Source: Candidatus Bathyarchaeia archaeon
GTDB taxonomy: Archaea; Thermoproteota; Bathyarchaeia; Bathyarchaeales; Bathycorpusculaceae
Assembly (NCBI GenBank): GCA_050010515.1
Contig: JBEKKX010000038.1
Coordinates: 1-23,412, forward strand
Direction: 5' to 3'
Length of the DNA: 23,412 nt
Shown here: positions 17,391 to 23,412 of the stretch, one piece after another
Position numbering within the stretch: the stretch's first letter is position 1
How the letters are laid out: each line of letters starts with the position of its first letter
The notes under the pieces: model-generated
Databases searched by the model: none
Told to the model about the DNA's origin: nothing
The model's input: only the letters and a program-made list of their open reading frames with translations
Program-made: the position numbers and the translations under genes

Positions 17391-17592
17391 GGCGCTACAA
17401 AGTTCGCCTAAACCCTCATTTTCTTTTTCACAAAAAATACTCGGTTCCTTCAACGATGTGGCAAATTAGACATAAAAAGTGTTATAGCTATTCAAAATAG
17501 CACTTAGCTTTTTTTGGCGGGTTGAAGTAATTGGCTAAAGAAGCTTTATCTTTTTAAAAGTAAATAACTAGATTGAACGGTGAGAACAGAAT

Positions 17593-18516
17593 TTGGAAAG
17601 CAATCCGTTAAGTACACGCCTTGCAGGCTTGGCGCTGGAAAACCCAACCATTCTGGCATCTGGAATACTGGGTTACTCAGCTGAATCGCTTCACCGCGTT
17701 GCCAAGGGCGGCGCAGGAGCTGTAGTTACAAAATCCATCGGTATAGAACCAAGAGTTGGCTATGCGAACCCAACGGTGGTTCAGGCAGAAAGCGGATTAA
17801 TCAACGCTATGGGGCTGCCGAACCCTGGCATCGACTTGTACGCACAAGAAATAAAGTACTCTAAAATCATCTTGCGCCTTCCGCTTATAGTCAGCGTGTT
17901 TGGTTACTCAGCAGAAGAATACGCAACAGTTGCCAAAAAAGCCGTTGATGCTGGCGCCGACGCAGTCGAGCTTAATGTTTCCTGTCCGCATGTTAAGCAA
18001 ACTGGCGCAGAAATCGGTCAAAACCCAAAACTGCTCGCTGAAGTGGTTGAAATGGTGAAGGCGGCAGTCGGCAAACCTGTAATTGTGAAGCTGTCTCCAA
18101 ACGTTGCAGATATAACCGCAATAGCCCGGGCAGCAGTTGAGGCTGGTGCAGACGCTTTAACAGCCGTGAACACGCTGAAGGCAATGGCGATTGATTCTGA
18201 AACGATGCGTCCAGTTTTAAGCAACATAAAAGGCGGTTTATCTGGTCCAGCCATAAAGCCAGTAGCCCTACGATGCGTATATGACATTCGCGAGGAACTA
18301 CCCGATGTGCCAATAATAGGATGCGGCGGAATAACGGATTGGCGTGATGCCGTTGAGTTTTTCTTGGCTGGTGCTTCCGCAGTTCAGGTTGGCAGTGCCA
18401 TTGCGTTGGAGGACACGGAGGTTTTCCAAGCCATAACTAGAGGAGTGGAAGTTTACTTGAGAAAGAAGCATTATGGGAGTGTGAAAGAAATTGTCGGCCT
18501 CGCTCATCGCAGCTAA
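17593..18516 (+). CDS. pyrD: Dihydroorotate dehydrogenase family 1B catalytic subunit
   Basis: NP.ILASG, VTKS, INAMGLPNPG, ELNVSCPH, KLSPN, NT, GGLSG.AIKP, GASAVQVG; GGTGAG upstream of TTG. Confidence 0.95.
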   Translation: MESNPLSTRLAGLALENPTILASGILGYSAESLHRVAKGGAGAVVTKSIGIEPRVGYANPTVVQAESGLINAMGLPNPGIDLYAQEIKYSKIILRLPLIVSVFGYSAEEYATVAKKAVDAGADAVELNVSCPHVKQTGAEIGQNPKLLAEVVEMVKAAVGKPVIVKLSPNVADITAIARAAVEAGADALTAVNTLKAMAIDSETMRPVLSNIKGGLSGPAIKPVALRCVYDIREELPDVPIIGCGGITDWRDAVEFFLAGASAVQVGSAIALEDTEVFQAITRGVEVYLRKKHYGSVKEIVGLAHRS

Positions 18517-19309
18517 CACGCTTAGAACGACGGAAATCGTGCAGGTTAGAGTTGAGAGTCCAACCGTTAAAACTTTCATTGTGCCTGATAGGTTATGCTC
18601 TAAAGCTAAACCGGGGCAGTTCTTGATGCTTTGGATTCCGGGCGTGGACGAAATCCCCATGAGCATAATGGACGCAGGTAACGGGCTAGTTTCTGTTTCA
18701 GTCAAGCAAGTGGGTGATGCCACAAGGCATTTGCACAGCATGGCTGCAGGCGAAACCGTCGGCGTACGTGGACCTTTCGGTAACAGTTTCACTGAAAGCC
18801 GAGGCAGAGTCCTCTTGGTAAGCGGCGGAACAGGAACGGCTCCTTTGCTGTTTTTGGCAAAGCAGCTTTCAGCTAAAACTGAACGGTTGTCGTTTGTTGA
18901 GGGCGCCAAAACCAAAGATGAACTGCTCTTTATTCGGGAGCTTAAAGGCGTCTGCAACGAGAAAAGCTTGATTACAACAACGGAAGACGGCACTTATGGC
19001 TTGCAATGCTTGGTAACTGAGCCTCTAAGCAGCCTGTTGGACAGAGAAAAATTCGACATGATCTACACTTGTGGTCCAGAAGTGATGGTAAAGAAAATCT
19101 TTGAGCTAACCGAGCAACGCAAATTGCCTATAGAAGCAAGCTTAGAGAGGCTGATGCGCTGCGGCATAGGCTTATGTGGAAGCTGCGTGATTGGCAAATA
19201 CCGCGTTTGCAGGGATGGCCCAGTTTTCACCGCTGCACAGCTAAGAGAAGTTAAGGACGAGTTGGGAATTTCAAAAATGGGCTTTGACGGCTCAAGAATA
19301 CCCTTCTAA
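18491..19309 (+). CDS. pyrK: Dihydroorotate dehydrogenase electron transfer subunit
   Basis: PGQF.MLW.PGVDE.PMS, RGPFGN, GG.G.AP, TEDG, CGPE.M, SLER.MRCG.GLCGSC...VC.DGPVF [2Fe-2S] motif; overlaps pyrD. Confidence 0.95.
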   Translation: MSASLIAANTLRTTEIVQVRVESPTVKTFIVPDRLCSKAKPGQFLMLWIPGVDEIPMSIMDAGNGLVSVSVKQVGDATRHLHSMAAGETVGVRGPFGNSFTESRGRVLLVSGGTGTAPLLFLAKQLSAKTERLSFVEGAKTKDELLFIRELKGVCNEKSLITTTEDGTYGLQCLVTEPLSSLLDREKFDMIYTCGPEVMVKKIFELTEQRKLPIEASLERLMRCGIGLCGSCVIGKYRVCRDGPVFTAAQLREVKDELGISKMGFDGSRIPF

Positions 19310-19326
19310 ACGGCGTTTGATAAGGG

Positions 19327-19611
19327 ATGTTGCCTCAGCCAGAACTGGAAGAGCTTGCTCGAAAAGCAGTACTTCTCTACAACAGGGTTAGGAGCCCTGA
19401 AGTCACAGCCAAACTCGTATTCGCCACGCCAGCAATGCTCACGGTCTCGTTTTCCGGCGGCTTCTGCTACGGCTGCGGCGTACTCGACATCGTTGAAGGC
19501 TTCGCCCACCAATTCAAAGCCTTAACCAACAATGCAGAGTTGAAAGTGGGCAAGACAAGACAGATAAACCCAAGAACCTTCGAAGCAGATTACGTCGTCA
19601 AGGCTAAGTAG
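19327..19611 (+). CDS. Small archaeal hypothetical protein with a CxxC motif
   Basis: YN..RSPE...FSG.FCYGCGV.D..E.F motif; lies directly behind pyrK. Confidence 0.7.
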   Translation: MLPQPELEELARKAVLLYNRVRSPEVTAKLVFATPAMLTVSFSGGFCYGCGVLDIVEGFAHQFKALTNNAELKVGKTRQINPRTFEADYVVKAK

Positions 19612-19616
19612 CCAAT

Positions 19617-19734
19617 GTTGGGTGCCTCAGCGAAAAAAATTCTGGCAAAAAATTAATTCGGTTCCACATTAAAGATCCACACGGCTGTCGGCATAACTGG
19701 TATATATGGGTTCAATTCTCATCCCCCAGCTCCA
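19617..19734 (+). pseudogene. Degenerate tRNA-Cys-like sequence with an intron-like insert (copy 1)
   Basis: 5' GTTGGG can pair with 3' CCCAGC, followed by T-CCA. T arm ATGGG-TTCAATT-CTCAT. Decayed anticodon arm keeps GCA at 19691-19693. About 45 extra nt in the D region. Confidence 0.6.
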
Positions 19735-19808
19735 TGATTTCTCAGTTAGACTTGAGGATAGCAATCTTCTTATCATACGGGTTTGTTATACTATATTGGT
19801 AATACCTA

Positions 19809-20039
19809 ATGGCAATGGACGAAACTGTTTGCGCAAAGGTTCCAGCTGAACTTAAGAAAAAGTTATCCAGCTTAGGCGTAAATGTGAGCGAGCTGATAAG
19901 AGAAACCTTGCAGTCAGAAGTAGACCGATTGGAAAGAGAACGCCTAAACAAACTTGCCAAAGAGGTATCAGAAATTCTTAAAAAGATTCCGCCTGAAGAA
20001 TTTACTCAATCCATTCGGGCTACAAGGGACAGCAGATGA
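19809..20039 (+). CDS. vapB: Type II antitoxin, VapB/CcdA-like ribbon-helix-helix
   Basis: TVCAKVPAELKKKL...VNVSELIRETL and C-terminal IRATRDSR; ATGA overlap with the PIN gene. Confidence 0.8.
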   Translation: MAMDETVCAKVPAELKKKLSSLGVNVSELIRETLQSEVDRLERERLNKLAKEVSEILKKIPPEEFTQSIRATRDSR

Positions 20040-20458
20040 CAAAGTCGCAGTTACTGTTTGACTCCAACATCGTATACAAGCTCATTAGAGAACAGCCACA
20101 GGACGCCGTGGAAAAACTGGTTAATGGCACAACGATTTATTTAGCGTACTACGAGCTGGGCAATGCGTTGTGGAGAGAATGTCTTTTGCTTAAAAGGATA
20201 AGTATTGAAGAGGCTAAAAAATCATTGGATCTGATGTACTCGATTCTTGAACGTATGCAGGTAGCCTCGCTTGATAATGAGACAGGAAGCGAAGTATTGG
20301 ACACAGCGTACAAATTTAACTTGACATTTTATGACACAGCTTATGTTATAGAGGCAAAGAAATCTGATAAGATCTTAGTCACAGATGACATTAAACTTGC
20401 CAAAGCTGCAGAAAACTTAGGCATAAAAACCTTATCCAGCAAGACGCTTATGCAATAA
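20036..20458 (+). CDS. vapC: PIN-domain toxin
   Basis: LLFDSN, YELGNALW, LTFYD.AY, LVTDD.KL acidic PIN active-site pattern. Confidence 0.9.
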   Translation: MTKSQLLFDSNIVYKLIREQPQDAVEKLVNGTTIYLAYYELGNALWRECLLLKRISIEEAKKSLDLMYSILERMQVASLDNETGSEVLDTAYKFNLTFYDTAYVIEAKKSDKILVTDDIKLAKAAENLGIKTLSSKTLMQ

Positions 20459-20470
20459 TTGTCCCACAAC

Positions 20471-20590
20471 ATTGAGACGCAGAATGGAAAAAAACGTCAG
20501 ACTAAATGTTTCCTTAGCCGTCACATTAGGCATCAATAATTAGTCAGCCTGCAGAGCTGTTTTATAATGGTTCAATTCCCATCCCCAGCT
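20471..20590 (+). pseudogene. Degenerate tRNA-Cys(GCA)-like sequence (copy 2)
   Basis: Anticodon arm CAGC-CTGCAGA-GCTG (20545-20559), T-arm-like ATGGTTCAATTCCCAT, acceptor 3' strand CCCCAGC-T. The 5' part is decayed but colinear with copy 1. Confidence 0.65.
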
Positions 20591-20679
20591 TTTTAGGCGA
20601 ATCACAGGCTTTTTGATGAGTTGTTTGAGTTTTTCTATGTGGTGCCGTCAAGAGCGGTTTGGGTTGTTATGCGGTTGCG

Positions 20680-21063
20680 TTAGAGGTTTTTTCGGATTTC
20701 TTTGATTTTGTCGAGTAGTTTTGCTTCGGTGCTTTCTGGGGGATTTGCCTCAGGTGGAGGCGGGGTATCGTTTGGGTTGCCTGCGGGGCTGATTGTGACT
20801 TCAAATATGGCGCCTGCCAAGCTCTTTTCTTCATCACGCTCGAGGATTTTCATGGTGAGTTTAGGTACTGTTATGCGTCCGTCTACGGCTGTTTTTGCCA
20901 GGAACTCTTCTTCCCCGTAGCTTTCTGGCTCGAGGGATTTGACGGTGACTTTTAGCAGTTCGCCCGGCTGCATTTTGTGGCTCCACCGCAGAAGCGTTGG
21001 AATTGCAAGCCTGTTGTGGCGTTGAAGTTTAGCTTTGAATGTTTCCTGCTTTGTAAGCGGCAT
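20680..21063 (-). CDS. Tandem AbrB/MazE/SpoVT-like swapped-hairpin DNA-binding protein
   Basis: Two repeats: FKAKLQRHNRLAIP..LR....QPGELL.V and FLAKTAVDGRITVPK; AAGGTG upstream of ATG 21063. Confidence 0.7.
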   Translation of the reverse strand: MPLTKQETFKAKLQRHNRLAIPTLLRWSHKMQPGELLKVTVKSLEPESYGEEEFLAKTAVDGRITVPKLTMKILERDEEKSLAGAIFEVTISPAGNPNDTPPPPEANPPESTEAKLLDKIKEIRKNL

Positions 21064-21081
21064 GTAGAGTGCACCTTTTCC

Positions 21082-21130
21082 CATCTTTCAGTATCTTTAT
21101 GTATCTTTTTCTATCTTTTTATATCTTTTT
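21082..21130. promoter_or_regulatory. Five (T/C)ATCTTT direct repeats at exact 10-bp spacing upstream of the AbrB-like gene
   Basis: ccatctttca gtatctttat gtatcttttt ctatcttttt atatcttttt (21081-21130). Confidence 0.55.
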
Positions 21131-21287
21131 TAACCCTAACCAGCAACAAGTTCAAACGCTAAACCAAAAAACCAACCCAAAACACAAACACCCAAACCCC
21201 TCCTCCTACCTAATTTTTACACAATAAAACCGCTCACTAAAATCAATCGACGTAAAAGTCAAAAAACAATCAAAAAAGAGAAAAAGC

Positions 21288-22469
21288 TTATGTTTCTTCT
21301 TGGGGTAACCCAATCTTTCGCAAGTAATCTTTTGCATATCTAGGATTGTAGGATAGCAGCTCTTTGCTTCGTAGCAGTCTCCTCTCAAGCCTCTCTAATG
21401 CCACTCTAAAAGTTGGTTCAACACCCCAGCCTTCGCTTGCGCTAAAGAATGTTCCCTTCACCGTCCTAAACTGCAAACGGCAATGAATCAGCGGTGTTCC
21501 CCTTAGGCTTGTGTTGCCATGACTTTTCATGTAGACAAAAAGTGTTCCTAACTGGAAAGCGTCTTGATACTTATGCGCGAAGGAATCGAATTCTTCCATC
21601 ATGAATCCCTGCTGATCAGGGCTTACATCTACGTCTTTAACGCCGAACTGCACCGATAACTTCTTCTCAACAACTTCTAACTGGGAGATTGGCTCAAGAA
21701 AATCACGCTTCGTCACGATGCCAACTAGTCTTTCGTTTGAAACAACTGCTAAACAGGAAATGTCATGATCATGCATTATTTTCTCTGTGACGCGCAGGCT
21801 CGTTTGAGGTTCAACCGTAATTACTGGTCTAGCCATTATGCCTTTAGCTGGCACGCTTAGGGTTTCAATTTTTTCTCCAACTATATCTCCAGTTGTCTGG
21901 CGCTTCTGCGGCCAATAAATATTCTCCAAAATATCTTGAATGCTAATTATGCCAACAAGTTTGCCGTTGTCCATGACTGGAACATGAGAAATACCATATT
22001 CCCTCATTAAACTAAGAACCGCCCCCACAGAACGATTTGCCTCAATAGTGTGAGGCGCCCTAGTCATGATTTTCTCTATCGCGTTGTTACCCCACTCTTG
22101 AAGAACAGTCGCATGAATAATATTCTCATCAGTTACAAACCCCAACAGCTTATTCTTCTCAAAAACCGGAAGCTGCCTCATCTCACTCTCAATCATCAAC
22201 TTGGCCATTTTACTTAGGGAAAAATCAACAGTAACTGGGGGCGCAACCTTCATCAACGTTCTGACCTTGGTCGCGGTAGAATCAAGTCTTGACCTTAAAA
22301 TCGAGCGCCTAGTAATTATGCCTTCATACTTGCCCTTATCATTTAAAACAGCTAAAACCGGAGGCATACCTGTTTCAAATGCTTCTAAACACCGAGACAG
22401 TGTATCGCTTTCTTGAACAGAGTTAAACCCATTTGAATAGACATCTTTAGCAAAAATTAAGCTCGCCAT
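21288..22469 (-). CDS. Four-CBS-domain protein with a C-terminal HPF/RaiA-like domain; candidate ribosome hibernation factor
   Basis: Four CBS motifs (GIITRRS, GFVTDEN, GIISIQD, GIVTKRD), then a beta-alpha-beta-beta-beta-alpha segment ending FFSASEGWGVEPTFRVALERLERRL. ATG 22469 follows GGTG. Confidence 0.75.
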   Translation of the reverse strand: MASLIFAKDVYSNGFNSVQESDTLSRCLEAFETGMPPVLAVLNDKGKYEGIITRRSILRSRLDSTATKVRTLMKVAPPVTVDFSLSKMAKLMIESEMRQLPVFEKNKLLGFVTDENIIHATVLQEWGNNAIEKIMTRAPHTIEANRSVGAVLSLMREYGISHVPVMDNGKLVGIISIQDILENIYWPQKRQTTGDIVGEKIETLSVPAKGIMARPVITVEPQTSLRVTEKIMHDHDISCLAVVSNERLVGIVTKRDFLEPISQLEVVEKKLSVQFGVKDVDVSPDQQGFMMEEFDSFAHKYQDAFQLGTLFVYMKSHGNTSLRGTPLIHCRLQFRTVKGTFFSASEGWGVEPTFRVALERLERRLLRSKELLSYNPRYAKDYLRKIGLPQEET

Positions 22470-22589
22470 GACTAACACCAGATTGGAAAGGATATGATAA
22501 GGTTTGCATTGAGTTTTTATCCTCACAGAAAAAAGGAACACAACACACCTATAAGTGCTTTTTGAAACGGGGTTTTAGAGTTTACAGGA

Positions 22590-22670
22590 ATGACAGGACA
22601 GCAACTCTTAGAAAGCAAGATAGATGAACTCGAAGACATGTTTAAAAAAGACAAAGCAACAAAAAAATAA
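22590..22670 (+). CDS. Candidate 26-aa micropeptide MTGQQLLESKIDELEDMFKKDKATKK
   Basis: TATAAG box at ~22550, amphipathic helix pattern, and a T-run right after TAA. Confidence 0.35.
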   Translation: MTGQQLLESKIDELEDMFKKDKATKK

Positions 22671-22840
22671 CCTATTTTTTTATTCAATCCCAAAACCAAC
22701 ATACCAAGCCTTTCCAAGAAAATCCCCGAACCGCACAGCCCTAGCGCGCTAATCAGCGTCTTGGGCAAAGGGCTGACTTAGTTTAAGTTTGTTAAGTGCT
22801 TTTAAAAGCAATTAAAAAAAGGGGAATAGTGGATGTACTT

Positions 22841-23412
22841 TTACGTTGTTTGGGTTTGTTGAGTCTTTTTCTTGCGGCGTCTGTACCATACAAGGAGTAT
22901 CAGGATCAACACTATTATGATGACGATGACCACTATGAGCAAGTCAATCGCACTCAAAAGCGCGTGCGCAACGGTTAATGTTACCGTCACCGTGTTCGTA
23001 GCCGTGTTTATCACCGAGACCGAATCGCTGCCATAATTTGTGACATAGGCGTATGCGCCGTTGGGCGTTACAGCCACAATGTAAGGACGGCTTCCAACGG
23101 TTATCGTCGTCGTCACCGTGTTCGTAGCTGTGCTTATCACTGAGACCGTACCGCTGGGTTCTTTTGTGACATAGGCGTATGCGCCGTTGGGCGTTACAGC
23201 CACACCTTCAGGACCGCTTCCAACGGTTACTGTCGCTGTTACCGTGTTCGTAGCCGTGCTTATAATCGAGACCGTACCACTGGTGCCGTAATTTGTGACA
23301 TAGGCGTATGCGCCGTTGGGCGTTACAGCCACACCACTAGGATCGGTTCCAACGGTTACTGTCGTCGTCACCGTGTTCGTAGCCGTGCTTATCACCGAGA
23401 CTGTATCGTTGC
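22841..23412 (-). CDS. YVTN/YncE-family beta-propeller surface protein, C-terminal part (5' end outside the window)
   Basis: 42-43-aa repeats P.GVAVTPNGAYAYVTN...TVSVISTATNTV (DNA period 126-129 bp); C-terminal TM and RRRKKK; the frame is open to the window edge. Confidence 0.9.
   Translation of the reverse strand, partial: NDTVSVISTATNTVTTTVTVGTDPSGVAVTPNGAYAYVTNYGTSGTVSIISTATNTVTATVTVGSGPEGVAVTPNGAYAYVTKEPSGTVSVISTATNTVTTTITVGSRPYIVAVTPNGAYAYVTNYGSDSVSVINTATNTVTVTLTVAHALLSAIDLLIVVIVIIIVLILILLVWYRRRKKKTQQTQTT

Noticed and set aside
17477-17515. Hairpin plus T-run as a PyrR-type attenuator for pyrD
   Set aside because: It lies upstream of the likely pyrD TATA region (~17545-17560) and lacks PyrR-binding-loop motifs; more likely a terminator or operator.
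19617-20590. Functional or trans-spliced split tRNA-Cys genes
   Set aside because: Each copy has broken arms and no complementary leader sequences or clear BHB motif were found, so they are kept as pseudogene-like repeats.
20600-21205. GT-rich and AC-rich tracts flanking the AbrB-like gene as terminal inverted repeats
   Set aside because: Low-complexity, strand-skewed sequence with only short imperfect matches and no target duplication.
1347-22978. Short antisense or overlapping ORFs in the track (e.g. 6505-6963, 12262-12693, 16303-16863, 18298-18993, 22523-22768, 22796-22978)
   Set aside because: Mostly shadow frames of well-supported genes or of the small ORF at 22590-22670, with no motifs or expression signals.
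22981-23412. 126-129-bp repeats as CRISPR or DGR template/variable repeats
   Set aside because: They are YVTN propeller blades. Differences are not adenine-specific and no reverse transcriptase or cas gene is visible.

Overview
Archaeal DNA, most likely Bathyarchaeia (inferred from gene content and from the style of the wHTH, AbrB and surface-protein paralogues). From left to right: a possible ISH3-type IS right end; an FxLYD-domain membrane protein; a long coiled-coil protein; a 1357-aa Ig/PKD-repeat surface protein; a divergent DRE-TIM (homocitrate/isopropylmalate synthase-like) enzyme; a LipS2-type radical SAM enzyme; a three-gene regulatory cluster; a pterin cluster (DUF447, an internally deleted beta-RFAP synthase relic, a DHPS-like protein); pyrD-pyrK; a VapBC pair; a tandem AbrB-like protein; a CBS + HPF-like protein; and a partial YVTN beta-propeller protein. 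The main signals missed by the ORF track are: (1) a ~350-bp cassette in three copies (one inverted) encoding a coiled-coil module that is stand-alone once and read in frame as the C-terminus of two unrelated ORFs, including the cytoplasmic tail of the surface protein; (2) two decayed tRNA-Cys(GCA)-like direct repeats, each with an intron-like insert, bracketing the VapBC pair; (3) the mptG relic; (4) an Arg-loaded domain in an almost Arg-free ectodomain; (5) two micropeptide ORFs, candidate structured RNAs and a 10-bp-phased operator array. No searches were run. Family calls rest on motif recognition.
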